Assembly (NCBI GenBank): GCA_963764715.1
Contig: CAVXTP010000003.1
Span: 96,001-160,000 of the forward strand
DNA length: 64,000 nt
Source of the DNA: an uncultured Acidobacteriota bacterium
GTDB taxonomy: Bacteria > Acidobacteriota > Thermoanaerobaculia > UBA5066 > Gp7-AA6
Direction: 5' to 3'
The notes under the pieces were generated by a model, which was not told the DNA's origin, did not search any database, and saw nothing but the letters and a program-made list of their open reading frames with translations. Of this stretch, positions 48,613-58,091 are shown piece by piece. The first letter of the stretch is position 1. Every line of letters begins with the position of its first letter. The translations under genes were made by a program, and so were the position numbers.

Positions 48613-49155
48613 ATGAGGCGAATCGGAACATTCGTAGCGGCCGCGGCCGGGACGGCCGCTCTGCTGTGCCTGACGGGCTTCCGGGCCCCCGAGCCGGCTC
48701 CCCAGGCCACCGCCCAGATCGAGTCGCGAAGCGGCTCGAAGGTCACGGGCAAGGCCGTCTTCACGGAGCTGCCCTCGGGCGGCACCAAGGTCGAGGTCTG
48801 GGTCGAGAACGCGAAGCCGGGCGTCCACGGCATCCATCTCCACGAGAAGGGCGACTGCTCGGCGCCCGACGCGACTTCGGCCGGGCCGCACTTCAACCCG
48901 ACCGGCAACCCGCACGCCGGGCCCGCCGACGCGAAGCACCACGCGGGTGACTGGGGCAACATCACGGTCGGCGCCGACGGGAAGGGCCATCTCGAGATCA
49001 CGACCGACATGCTCACGGTCAAGCCGGGGCCGAACTCGGTCGTCGGCAAGGCCGTCGTGTTCCACGACAAGCCCGATGATCTCAAGACGCAGCCCACGGG
49101 GGACGCGGGGGGACGGTTCGGGTGCGGAGTGGTCGTGATGGGCGGAGGCAAGTAA
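48613..49155 (+). CDS. sodC: Periplasmic Cu/Zn superoxide dismutase
   Basis: SD AGGAGG; signal peptide; 'HGIHLHE.GDC', 'SAGPHFNP', 'HAGDWGNI', 'VVFH..PDD', 'GDAGGRFGCGV'. Confidence 0.93.
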   Translation: MRRIGTFVAAAAGTAALLCLTGFRAPEPAPQATAQIESRSGSKVTGKAVFTELPSGGTKVEVWVENAKPGVHGIHLHEKGDCSAPDATSAGPHFNPTGNPHAGPADAKHHAGDWGNITVGADGKGHLEITTDMLTVKPGPNSVVGKAVVFHDKPDDLKTQPTGDAGGRFGCGVVVMGGGK

Positions 49156-49177
49156 GCAGTAAGCAGTAAGCAGTAAG
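49150..49177. repeat. (CAGTAAG)n heptamer array beginning at the sodC stop codon
   Basis: aagTAAgcagtaagcagtaagcagtaag. Confidence 0.85.
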
Positions 49178-49186
49178 CGGGAGACG

Positions 49187-49219
49187 TCGGGACGGCCTGG
49201 GCCGTCCCGATTCTTTTTT
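49187..49219 (+). terminator. Rho-independent terminator after sodC
   Basis: TCGGGACGGC-CTGG-GCCGTCCCGA hairpin followed by TTCTTTTTT. Confidence 0.75.
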
Positions 49220-49241
49220 GGGCGTGATTCAATGGGCGCCC

Positions 49242-50696
49242 ATGAAGAGCTCCGACTTCGACCTTTCACCGGAGGAACTGCGCCGGCTCGGCGGGCTCGC
49301 GGCCGACGCCGTCGCCGCGCACCGCGAATCGCTCGAGTCGCGCGCCGTCTTCGGCAAGATCGGCCCCCGCGCCTCGCTCTTCGACGAGCCGCTCCCCGAG
49401 GAGGGAGCGCCCTTCGAGGACGTCCTCGCCTTCGTGCGCGAGAACGTGATGCCGTTCCCGATGGGCAACTCGCACCCGCGGTTCTACGGCTTCATCAACG
49501 CCACCGCCGACCCCGTCGGCATCTTCGCGGACTTCCTCGCCTCCGGCATGAACCCCAACTGCTGGGGCGGCGATCACGCCGCGAGCCACGTCGAGCAGGC
49601 CGTCATGCGCTGGCTCGCCCGAATGCTCGGCATGCCGGCGACCGCCGAGGGCATCCTCGTCTCGGGCGGGTCCATGGCCAACTTCACGGCCCTCGCGGTC
49701 GCCCGCCGGGCGATGACTCCCGGCAACGTGCGCGAGGACGGACTGGCCGGCCCCGACCGGCCGCGCCTGACCGTGTACGCGTCCGACCAGGTCCACTCCT
49801 GCGTGGACAAGGCGGTCGACCTGCTCGGCATCGGCACGCGGCAGCTCCGCAAGCTCGAGAGCGGACCGGACTTCCGGATCCCGGTCGACGCACTCGCGGA
49901 CGCGATCGCCGCCGACCGGAAGGCCGGCTTCCTCCCGGCGATCGTCGTCGGCAACGCCGGGACCGTCAACACCGGCGCCATCGACCCGCTCGACGGCCTC
50001 GCGGACCTGTGTGCGCGCGAGAAGCTCTGGTTTCACGTCGACGGCGCCTACGGCGCGCTCGCCTCGATCGTGCCCGAGCTCGCGCCGCTCTTTTCCGGAA
50101 TGGACCGCGCCGACTCGATCGCCGCCGACCCGCACAAGTGGCTCTACGTTCCCTACGAGGCCGGGGCGACGCTCGTGCGCGAGCCGGGGCGCTTCGCCGC
50201 GACGTTCCGCAAGTTTCCGGAGTACCTCGCGCAGGACCCCGAGAGCCCGTTCCCGGGCCCGGCGTGGTTCGCCGAGCGCGGCGTCGAGCTCTCCCGCGGC
50301 TTCAAGGCCCTCAAGGTCTGGATGGGCCTCAAGGTCCACGGGCGCCGGGCGTACGCGGAGCGGATCGCGAGCGACGTGCGGCTGGCGAAGTTTCTCGCCG
50401 CCGAGGTCGACCGGAGGCCGGACTTCGAGCGCCTCGCCGAGTCCGTCCTGTCGATCGCCAACTTCCGCTACCGGCCGGAGGGGCGAAACCTCTCCGACGC
50501 CGAGCTCGACCGGCTCAACCGGAGGATCATCAACCGTCTCGTGGCCGACGGCGCGTTCTTCCTCGCTCCGACGGTCCTGAAGGGGCGTGCCACCCTGCGC
50601 GTCTCGATCACCAACTTCCGGACGCGCGAGTCGGACCTGACGGCGCTCCTCGACGAGGCCGCGCGGATCGGCCGGGAGCTGCTCGCCGCGGCCTGA
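49242..50696 (+). CDS. PLP-dependent group II amino acid decarboxylase
   Basis: 'HPRFYGF', 'SGGSMAN', 'HSCVDKA', 'HVDGAYG', 'DPHKW'. Confidence 0.9.
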   Translation: MKSSDFDLSPEELRRLGGLAADAVAAHRESLESRAVFGKIGPRASLFDEPLPEEGAPFEDVLAFVRENVMPFPMGNSHPRFYGFINATADPVGIFADFLASGMNPNCWGGDHAASHVEQAVMRWLARMLGMPATAEGILVSGGSMANFTALAVARRAMTPGNVREDGLAGPDRPRLTVYASDQVHSCVDKAVDLLGIGTRQLRKLESGPDFRIPVDALADAIAADRKAGFLPAIVVGNAGTVNTGAIDPLDGLADLCAREKLWFHVDGAYGALASIVPELAPLFSGMDRADSIAADPHKWLYVPYEAGATLVREPGRFAATFRKFPEYLAQDPESPFPGPAWFAERGVELSRGFKALKVWMGLKVHGRRAYAERIASDVRLAKFLAAEVDRRPDFERLAESVLSIANFRYRPEGRNLSDAELDRLNRRIINRLVADGAFFLAPTVLKGRATLRVSITNFRTRESDLTALLDEAARIGRELLAAA

Positions 50697-50745
50697 CCCT
50701 GTTATCCTTTCGAGCAGTCTTCCGTTCGCGCGAAAGGAGCCGTCG

Positions 50746-53211
50746 ATGAAGCTCCGGCCGGGATCCCTGGCGTTCGCTGCGCTTCTGTCCGGGACCGCCC
50801 TTCTCGCCGACGCCGATCCCGTGTACACGGCGCTGCGGGCGGCGCGGCCGACGGGCCCGGCCGTCCTCGTCGAGAACCTGATCCTCGAGCGCGACGTGTA
50901 CCGGTTCACCTTCGTCCGGGGCGCGTTCCAGTTCCTTCCCGGGGTCGAAGGGCGCATCACGGGCGCGGCCTTCGTGGGCGAGGGTTCATGGCAGCTGACG
51001 CCCGCCGACGAAGGCGAGCGCCGCCACCTGGCGCTCCTGACCGGGCAGAGGGGCCTGGAGGTTCTCGAGGATCGCTTCGAGGCTCTCGTCCTCCTGTTTA
51101 CCGACGCTACCGAGGGCGAGATCCGCGCCGCGGGCCGGGAAGGGACGGCTCCGGCCGGGGCGGCGGTCGCGTGGGACGACTTTCGGTCCGAGCAGCGCAA
51201 GACCCTGGACACGAACCTGCAGATCCGAATCCTCGCGGACGTCCTGCGCCGGGCCGACCCGAAGGCGGGGGTGTTCTTCGCGGCCATCGACGGCCGGAGC
51301 CTTCCCGCAGGCCTCGTGATGGTCGATCCGGGCGGCCTCGACTGGTTCCCTCCGGGGCCCCGCTCGGGACCCGAGAACTCCGGGCTCTGGATGCTGCCCG
51401 AGTTCGATCGAGGCTTCTGGTACCTCGCGCGCCGGCGCGCCGATACCGGATCGCCGCCCCCGGACCCAGCGTCGGACGCCGAGAGCTACGTCGTCGACTC
51501 GACCATTTCAGAGAGCACGCGGCTCTCCGGCACGACGACCCTGACGCTGCGTGCGAAAGCCGGGGACCTCCGCGTCGTCCCGATCGAGCTCTTCGACAAG
51601 CTCCGGATCCGCGAGGCGGCCGTCGCCGCGGGCGACGGCGCGTGGACGCCGATCGCGTTCATCCAGGAGAAGGCCGAGGAGGACAGCGATGCGGCGGTCG
51701 TCCTGGCCTTCGCGCCGCCCGCCGGAGCGCTCGTCCGGCTCCGCATCTCTTACGAGGGCAAGGACGTCCTGCGCGACATGGGCGAGGGGACGTTCGCCGT
51801 CGGAGCGCGGCAGAGCTGGTATCCCAACCTGGGCTCGTTCCGGGACCTGGCGACCTTCGACCTCACGTACCGGGTGCCGAAGGGCCGGCAGGTCGTTTCG
51901 GTCGGCGAGCGCATCTCGGACAAGGTCGAAGGCGACGCGCAGGTCTCGGTCTGGAAGGCGGAACGCCCGATCCGCGTGGCCGGCTTCAACTACGGAAAGT
52001 TCCGCATGATCGACTCCGACGACAAGGACAGCGGGATGAAGCTCCAGGTGTACTCGAACACCGGGACACCCGACGTGATCGCGGAGCTGAACCTCGCAAT
52101 GCGCGGGGGGCTGGCGAGCGGTCCCGGCAACGCGCGCGAAGCCCACTCCTGGGCGGGCGCCGGGCTGCAGAGCGTCGACATGGATGCGGAGACGTTCGCG
52201 CGCAACGCGCTCGCGGACGGTGTCAACTCGGCCCGCATCTTCACCGCCTACTTCGGGCCGGTCTCCGAGAAGCACGTCGCGATCACGCAGCAGGCCCAGT
52301 GGTTCTTCGGCCAGTCCTGGCCGTCGCTCGTCTTTCTTCCCTACCTCGCCGCGCTCGACGGGACGCAGCGGCGCGAGCTCGGGCTCGGCGGAACCGGCAC
52401 GACCGACTTCGTCGACCTCGTCGGTCCCCACGAGCTCGCGCACCAGTGGTGGGGCCACAGTGTCGGCTGGGCATCGTACCGGGATACCTGGCTCTCCGAA
52501 GGGTTCGCCGAGTTCTCGGCGTCGCTCGTCATGCAGCGCACGCTGGGTCCGAAACGCCTCGCCGCCTATTGGGAGCAAGCGCGAAAGTGGATCCTCGAGA
52601 AGCCTCCGGGCAGCGCCGTGCCCAACGACGAGGCGGGGCCCCTGACTCTCGGCACGCGGCTGATGACGCGCTCGACCCCGTCGGCCTACCAGGCCATCGT
52701 CTACCTCAAGGGCGCCTATGTCCTGCAGATGCTGCGGATGCTGATGTGGGACCCGCGCGCTCGCACGCCCGACGGCCCGTTCATCGCCCTGATGACGGAC
52801 TTTGCGCGGTCGTTCGCCGGCCGCAACCCCTCGACCCGCGACTTCCAGACCGTCGTCGAGCGGCACATGACGCCGACCCTCGACGTGGCGAAGACGGGCA
52901 AGCTCGACTGGTTCTTCCGGCAGTGGGTCGACGGGACCGAAGTGCCCCGGTACACGGTGAAGGTGGACGTCCAGCCCGCCGGCAACGGGGAGTACAAGCT
53001 CTCGGGGGCGGTGACCCAGGACGGCGTCTCGAAGGACTTCGTGGGGTTCCTGCCGCTCTACCTCGAGTACGACAAGGCCGAGGTCCAACGGCTGGCCGTC
53101 GTGTCGTTCGTCGGCAACATGGCGACCCCGATCGAGGGCACGATCCGGCTTCCCAAGGCGCCCCGCCGCGTCGTCGCCAACGCCATGCACGACGTCCTGA
53201 CGCGCGACTGA
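50746..53211 (+). CDS. Secreted M1 family zinc aminopeptidase
   Basis: 'HELAHQWWG' plus 'WLSEGFAEF', 'IVYLKGAYVL', 'WFFRQWV'. Confidence 0.88.
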   Translation: MKLRPGSLAFAALLSGTALLADADPVYTALRAARPTGPAVLVENLILERDVYRFTFVRGAFQFLPGVEGRITGAAFVGEGSWQLTPADEGERRHLALLTGQRGLEVLEDRFEALVLLFTDATEGEIRAAGREGTAPAGAAVAWDDFRSEQRKTLDTNLQIRILADVLRRADPKAGVFFAAIDGRSLPAGLVMVDPGGLDWFPPGPRSGPENSGLWMLPEFDRGFWYLARRRADTGSPPPDPASDAESYVVDSTISESTRLSGTTTLTLRAKAGDLRVVPIELFDKLRIREAAVAAGDGAWTPIAFIQEKAEEDSDAAVVLAFAPPAGALVRLRISYEGKDVLRDMGEGTFAVGARQSWYPNLGSFRDLATFDLTYRVPKGRQVVSVGERISDKVEGDAQVSVWKAERPIRVAGFNYGKFRMIDSDDKDSGMKLQVYSNTGTPDVIAELNLAMRGGLASGPGNAREAHSWAGAGLQSVDMDAETFARNALADGVNSARIFTAYFGPVSEKHVAITQQAQWFFGQSWPSLVFLPYLAALDGTQRRELGLGGTGTTDFVDLVGPHELAHQWWGHSVGWASYRDTWLSEGFAEFSASLVMQRTLGPKRLAAYWEQARKWILEKPPGSAVPNDEAGPLTLGTRLMTRSTPSAYQAIVYLKGAYVLQMLRMLMWDPRARTPDGPFIALMTDFARSFAGRNPSTRDFQTVVERHMTPTLDVAKTGKLDWFFRQWVDGTEVPRYTVKVDVQPAGNGEYKLSGAVTQDGVSKDFVGFLPLYLEYDKAEVQRLAVVSFVGNMATPIEGTIRLPKAPRRVVANAMHDVLTRD

Positions 53212-53245
53212 CCCGGCCGGCCCGGCCCGCCCCGGCCAGTTCCGT

Positions 53246-53731
53246 CTACCGCGCCTTCCAGGCCTCGACGTTTCTCTCGATCTGGCGCGAGTGCTTCTCG
53301 AGGTGCTCGGCGTACGAGTCGAGCCAGTCTTCCGCCGAATACGGCCCGGACTGCGTGTGCGTCCCGGCCTTCGACCAGGCGGACTCGGGCAGGCGATCGA
53401 GCAGGAGCGCCGTGTTCGCCCGGACCGCGTCGACCGTCGCGAGCGCCGGCTCGAGGGGCGCCGCGTGGTAATCGAACGTCCGGGCCCAGTGCGCCTCGTC
53501 GTAGCCGAGGACCTTCGGCTCCGCCTCGGCCACGAGGTACCGGATGCGGGCGTAGGCGTTCGTCTCCGAGTCCGCGCAGTGACAGACGACCTCGTGCGCG
53601 GACCACTTGCCCTCGGCGGGCCGCCACTTCAGCGCCTCGGGCGGGACCTTCGCGAGGGCGGCGCGGAGCTTCGCCGGGCCCTCCCGATAGCGGCGGATCC
53701 GGTCTTCCCGTTCAGCCTTCGTGAACCGCAT
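53246..53731 (-). CDS. DinB family protein (YfiT/BstA-like)
   Basis: 'KWSAHEVVCHCADSE', 'YDEAHWA', 'HLEKH'. Confidence 0.82.
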   Translation of the reverse strand: MRFTKAEREDRIRRYREGPAKLRAALAKVPPEALKWRPAEGKWSAHEVVCHCADSETNAYARIRYLVAEAEPKVLGYDEAHWARTFDYHAAPLEPALATVDAVRANTALLLDRLPESAWSKAGTHTQSGPYSAEDWLDSYAEHLEKHSRQIERNVEAWKAR

Positions 53732-53742
53732 GCCGGCCTCCT

Positions 53743-54057
53743 TCACCAATGCGTCCCGTCGAGGGACACGACCGTTTTCTCGCCGACGACTTCCGCCGCG
53801 TGCCGCGTGCCGGCCGGCAGGTAGATGCGATCTCCCGCCGACAGGTCCCAGGCGACGTCGCCGACCGTGACGCGCAGCGTCCCCTCGAGGACGGCGTCGC
53901 ACTTCGCCTGCGCGTGCTCGTGCGCAGGGAAGACCGTGCCGGCGCGGTAAGTGTAGACGAGCACGTCGTAGCCCTCCATCTCCATCGCGAGCATCAACCG
54001 GCGCTCGGAGAGCGGGCCGTCGGCGCGATGCCATTTTTCGACTCGCACTTCGCTCAC
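53743..54057 (-). CDS. Cupin domain protein
   Basis: 'FPAHEH', 'GDRIYLPAGTRHAAEV'. Confidence 0.82.
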   Translation of the reverse strand: MSEVRVEKWHRADGPLSERRLMLAMEMEGYDVLVYTYRAGTVFPAHEHAQAKCDAVLEGTLRVTVGDVAWDLSAGDRIYLPAGTRHAAEVVGEKTVVSLDGTHW

Positions 54058-54085
54058 CGGCGGGAGAGTCTATCGAGGCCAATAG

Positions 54086-54109
54086 AAAAAGGGGGCTTTC
54101 GCCCCCTTT
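54086..54109 (-). terminator. Rho-independent terminator after the RRM gene
   Basis: Minus strand GGGGGC-GAAA-GCCCCC followed by TTTTT. Confidence 0.8.
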
Positions 54110-54133
54110 GGATTTGCCCCGGGAAGAAACGAA

Positions 54134-54415
54134 TCAGTATCGGCCGCCCCGTCCTCCGCCGCCGCCGCTCTGGGTCTTGGGCCGGGCTTCGTTGACGGTC
54201 AGCGCGCGGCCGCCGTACTCCTGGCCGGAGAGCGCCGAGATCGCGTTGCGGGCCTCGTCGTCGTTGCCGAACTCGACGAACCCGAACCCCTTCGAACGAC
54301 CCGTATCGCGATCCGTGATGATCGCGACGGAGCTGACCGCTCCATAGGTCGAGAAGAGCGAGCGAAGATCGTCCTCCGACGTGTTGTAGGGAAGGTTTCC
54401 AACGTAGAGTTTCAT
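54134..54415 (-). CDS. RRM RNA-binding protein with Gly-rich tail
   Basis: RNP2 'LYVGNL', RNP1 'KGFGFVEF', 'VNEARP', GGGGGRGGRY. Confidence 0.95.
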   Translation of the reverse strand: MKLYVGNLPYNTSEDDLRSLFSTYGAVSSVAIITDRDTGRSKGFGFVEFGNDDEARNAISALSGQEYGGRALTVNEARPKTQSGGGGGRGGRY

Positions 54416-54443
54416 CGAAACAGAATCCTCGAAACCGGCGTCA

Positions 54444-54529
54444 CACGCTTTCGACCCAACCGCGCCGCTCGGAGGAGCCGACCTTCCCGTAGGAATTCGT
54501 CGGACTTCTGGGCGGCCGCGGGTTGCGTG
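54444..54529 (-). ncRNA. Putative structured cis-regulatory 5' leader of the RRM gene
   Basis: Nested stems CACGC/GCGTG, AACC..GCCGC/GCGGC..GGTT, CCGAC/GTCGG, TTCC-UACG-GGAA. Confidence 0.45.
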
Positions 54530-54562
54530 CTTGGAAGGCGAGCGATTTACGAGAAGGCGCGC

Positions 54563-54591
54563 AGTATAGCAGCGGGCCTCGGGGCCGGCAA
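54563..54591 (-). promoter_or_regulatory. sigma70 promoter TTGCCG-17-TATACT for the RRM gene
   Basis: Read directly; implies a leader of about 140 nt. Confidence 0.65.
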
Positions 54592-54652
54592 CCGTCTGTT
54601 AAGAATTCCTTAAGGCGGTCCGGGGCGTGTCGCGGCCCGAAGTCGAGCCGGG

Positions 54653-55639
54653 TCAGCGGTGTGCGGGGATTACGAGGTCTCCGAGGGCACGGGCTACCCA
54701 GGTCCGCGTCATCTCCTTGCGCCAGAGGAAGGAGAAGTCGGTGTTGTCCATGGGCCGCGAGGGGCCCGCGGCCGCGGCGGCGGCCTCCGCGATGGTCCCG
54801 GCGTCGAGGGGTCGCCCGGAGAGGATCGCCTCCGCGGCGCTCGCCCGGACCGGCGCGGACGCCACGCCCCCGAGGACGATGCGCGCTTCGGCGACGCGCT
54901 CGCCGTCGAACCGTGCCGAGGCGCCCACCGAGAGCACCGGGAAGTCGAAGGCGCCCCGGCGGCGAAGCTTCCGGTAGGTGGCCCTCCGGTCGCTCTTCGG
55001 GACGCGGATCTCGGTGAGGAGCTCCTCCGGCCGCTTGGTGAGGTAGTGGATTCCATCGTTGACGTAGAGCTCTTCGAGGGGGATCTCCCGTTCGCCGTCC
55101 GGGGAGACGAGGACGGCCCGTGCGCCGAGCGCGATCAGCACCGGGACGGAGTCGGCTGACTGCACGGCGAGGCACTTCGGCGAGCCCGGCGCCACCCAGC
55201 AGATCGCCCCGTCCTTCTTCATGCAGAAGTCGATCGCCTGCCGCCACTCGTAGTTCTGGTCGTAGTAGTTGCAGCGCGTGTCGAGCAGGACGTTGCCGCC
55301 GAGCGTTCCCATGTTCCGCAGCGGCGGCGTCGAGATCTCCTCGACGGCCCGCACCAGGGCCGGAAAGGCGCGCCGCACCCGGCGATGGCGCTCGATCGCC
55401 GAGAGCGGCACGCCGGCTCCGACCACCGCCCCGGCGTCGCCGACACGCAGGCGGCCGAGGGCCGCGATGCGCGACAGTCCGATCACGACCTTCGGGGTCT
55501 GCTGCCGGCGCTTCATGTTCGGGTAGAGGTCCGTCCCGCCGGCGACCCACGCGGAGTCGGGCCCCTCGCCCGCCTTGATGCGGAGCGCCTCCTTCACGCT
55601 CGAGGGCGCGAAGTAGCGGAATTTCGGGAGGCGCATCAT
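54653..55639 (-). CDS. hcrB: Molybdoenzyme FAD subunit with a [4Fe-4S] insertion (4-hydroxybenzoyl-CoA reductase beta-like)
   Basis: 'AGGTDL', 'RNMGTLGGN', insertion DTRC...FCMK..ICW..PKCLA with four Cys. Confidence 0.75.
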   Translation of the reverse strand: MMRLPKFRYFAPSSVKEALRIKAGEGPDSAWVAGGTDLYPNMKRRQQTPKVVIGLSRIAALGRLRVGDAGAVVGAGVPLSAIERHRRVRRAFPALVRAVEEISTPPLRNMGTLGGNVLLDTRCNYYDQNYEWRQAIDFCMKKDGAICWVAPGSPKCLAVQSADSVPVLIALGARAVLVSPDGEREIPLEELYVNDGIHYLTKRPEELLTEIRVPKSDRRATYRKLRRRGAFDFPVLSVGASARFDGERVAEARIVLGGVASAPVRASAAEAILSGRPLDAGTIAEAAAAAAGPSRPMDNTDFSFLWRKEMTRTWVARALGDLVIPAHR

Positions 55640-55649
55640 CGCGTCACCC

Positions 55650-58091
55650 TCACCGCACTCCCCCGGCTTCCGTCACCACGGCGTCGACGGCGCGGCCGTC
55701 GCCGCCCTCCGCCGGTGTGGGGACGTGGATCGGCGCGGGATAGGGCACGTCGGGAAAGCGCTCCGGGCCGAAGCGCGCCGGCTTGCCCTGCGCCTTCGCC
55801 TTCAGCGCGCGCAGCACCTTCTCCGGCGTCACGGGGACCTCGTCGATGCGGACGCCCACCGCGTCGAAGACGGCGTTGGCGACGGCCGGAGGGATCGGAA
55901 GCAGGGGGCCCTGCCCCACTTCCTTGGCGCCGAAGGGCCCGTTGGCGTCGGGGTCCTCGACGAGGTACGTCTCGACCTCGGGCATCTCCTTCGTCGTCGG
56001 GCTCTTGTACTCGAGCATCGAGGGAAACTTGTGGACCACGTTGTTGTTGGCGTCGGTCCGGTAGGACATCTCCTCCATGACGGCTTCGCCCAGGCCCATG
56101 TAGACCGAGCCCTCGACCTGACCCATCACGAGCGCGGCGTTGATGCACTTGCCGACGTCGTGCGCGATCCAGATCTTCGGCACCGTCACGATGCCCGTCT
56201 CCGGGTCGACATCGACTTCGACGACCGCGGCCGAGTACGAGTAGGCCGGCGACGGCCCCACGCCCGCGCCGCGGTACCGCCCGGCCGAGGGCGGCGGCGA
56301 ATAGGAGCCGACCGTGCCGAGTGTTCCAAAACGGGACTCGGCGAGCACCGCGGCCTCCGCGAAGCTCATGCCCTTTTCGGGCTCGCCCACGTCGAAAACC
56401 CGCCCCTCCGCGAAGCCCACGCACTCGGGAGGGATCTCGAGCTTGACCGCCGCCGTCGCCACGAACATCTCCTTCGCGCGCTCGGCCGCCTGGATCGCCG
56501 CGTTGCCCGTCATGAGCGTGACCCGCGACGAGTACGAGCCGAGATCGACCGGCGTCAGGTCGGTGTCGCCCGTGACGATGCGGATGTCGAAGGGATCGAT
56601 CCCCAGGATCTCCGCCACGATCGACGCGAGGATCGAGTCGGAGCCCTGGCCGATGTCCGTCGATCCGCAGAAGACGGTGACGCCGCCGCCGCGGTCGATC
56701 TTGAGCTGCACGCCGGACTGCGGCATCCGGTTCCAGTAGATCGGCAGGCCCGCGCCGCAGAGGTAGGACGAGCAGGCGATCCCGAGGCCGCGCCCCGGCG
56801 GGAGCTTGCCGCGGCGCTTCTTCCAGCCGGAGGCGGCGACGACCTTGTCGATGCAGGCGCCGAGGCCGATCGACCCGACGCGCAGGAAGTTCGCGGTGAG
56901 GGTGTTCGGGGGATGCAGGTGATTGCGCCGCATGGCGGCCGGGTCGAGGCCGAGGTCGCACGCGATCTTGTCGAGCTGGACCTCGAGGGCGAAGCGCGGC
57001 TGCGGCGTGCCGTGGCCCCGCTTGGGCCCGCACGGGGGCTTGTTGGTGAAGACGCGCGCCCCGTCGAACCGGTAGGCCGGGACCGGGTAGGTCACCGTCT
57101 GCAGCGCGCCCGTGTAGTACGTCGACGCGACGCCGTAGGAGCCGTATCCCCCGCCGTCGAGCACGGTCTGGAAGTGCATCGCGGTGATCGCGCCGTCCGC
57201 CTTGACGCCCGTCCGCACCTTCATGAGCGTCGGGTGCCGTCCGCGGTGGCAGTAGAAGACCTCTTCGCGGGTCAGGCAGATCTTGACGGGACGGCCGGTC
57301 ACGCGCGACAGGTGCGCGACGACGATCTCGTGGTTGAAGGGATCGGACTTGCCGCCGAACCCGCCGCCGTTGGGGGTCGCGATGACCCGGATCTTCGCCG
57401 GCGGCAGGTCGAGGACCTTCGCGAGCGCGCGGTGGACGTAGTGGGGCGTCTGGGTCGAGGACCAGAGCGTGAGGCGGCCGTCGGGCCCGAAGTCGGCGAC
57501 CGATGCGTGCTGCTCCAGCGGAAGGTGCGTGTTGCCCTCGTAGAAGAAGAGGTCCTCGTAGGTCCGGTCCGCCCGGGCGAACCCCTCCTCCGTGGAGCCG
57601 AACTCCATCGACACGAGCTTGTGGATGTTGCCCGCGTCGCCGTAGTCGTGGATGGGGGTCTCGACGGGGGCGAGCCCGTCGTCGATCGAGCCGATCGGGG
57701 GCAGCCTCTCGTACTTCACGTCGATCAAGTCGAGGGCGTCGAAGGCCGCGTCCTCGTCCACGGCGGCGACGGCGGCGACCGGGTCGCCGACGAACCGGAC
57801 GCGGTCCGTGCAGAGCGCATGCTCGTCCTGCGAAACGGGGAGGATGCCGAACGGCGTCGGCAGGTCCTTCCCGGTCGCGACCGCGATCACGCCGGGCGAC
57901 GCGAGCGCCCGGGACACGTCGATCGACACGATGCGGGCGTGCGCGATCTTCGAGCGCAGCAGCTTGCAGTGCAGCATGCGCGGCAGCATCACGTCGTCGG
58001 CGAACTTCGTCTGGCCGGAGACCTTCGCGGCACCGTCGACTTTGGCGTAAGGGCGGCCGACGACGCGGGTGGGATTGCGCGGGGCGGTCAT
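55650..58091 (-). CDS. hcrA: Xanthine-oxidase family Mo-binding subunit (4-hydroxybenzoyl-CoA reductase alpha-like)
   Basis: 'GGGFGGK', 'TNKPPCGPKRGHG', 'DIGQGS', 'GSYSSRVT', 'GPFGAKEVGQG'; hcrCAB gene order. Confidence 0.72.
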   Translation of the reverse strand: MTAPRNPTRVVGRPYAKVDGAAKVSGQTKFADDVMLPRMLHCKLLRSKIAHARIVSIDVSRALASPGVIAVATGKDLPTPFGILPVSQDEHALCTDRVRFVGDPVAAVAAVDEDAAFDALDLIDVKYERLPPIGSIDDGLAPVETPIHDYGDAGNIHKLVSMEFGSTEEGFARADRTYEDLFFYEGNTHLPLEQHASVADFGPDGRLTLWSSTQTPHYVHRALAKVLDLPPAKIRVIATPNGGGFGGKSDPFNHEIVVAHLSRVTGRPVKICLTREEVFYCHRGRHPTLMKVRTGVKADGAITAMHFQTVLDGGGYGSYGVASTYYTGALQTVTYPVPAYRFDGARVFTNKPPCGPKRGHGTPQPRFALEVQLDKIACDLGLDPAAMRRNHLHPPNTLTANFLRVGSIGLGACIDKVVAASGWKKRRGKLPPGRGLGIACSSYLCGAGLPIYWNRMPQSGVQLKIDRGGGVTVFCGSTDIGQGSDSILASIVAEILGIDPFDIRIVTGDTDLTPVDLGSYSSRVTLMTGNAAIQAAERAKEMFVATAAVKLEIPPECVGFAEGRVFDVGEPEKGMSFAEAAVLAESRFGTLGTVGSYSPPPSAGRYRGAGVGPSPAYSYSAAVVEVDVDPETGIVTVPKIWIAHDVGKCINAALVMGQVEGSVYMGLGEAVMEEMSYRTDANNNVVHKFPSMLEYKSPTTKEMPEVETYLVEDPDANGPFGAKEVGQGPLLPIPPAVANAVFDAVGVRIDEVPVTPEKVLRALKAKAQGKPARFGPERFPDVPYPAPIHVPTPAEGGDGRAVDAVVTEAGGVR

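Noticed and set aside
54444-54529. Possible SRP RNA, 6S RNA or tRNA
   Set aside because: Lacks the SRP domain IV motif and the tRNA T-loop/cloverleaf; it lies between a promoter and the RRM start, so a leader is more plausible.
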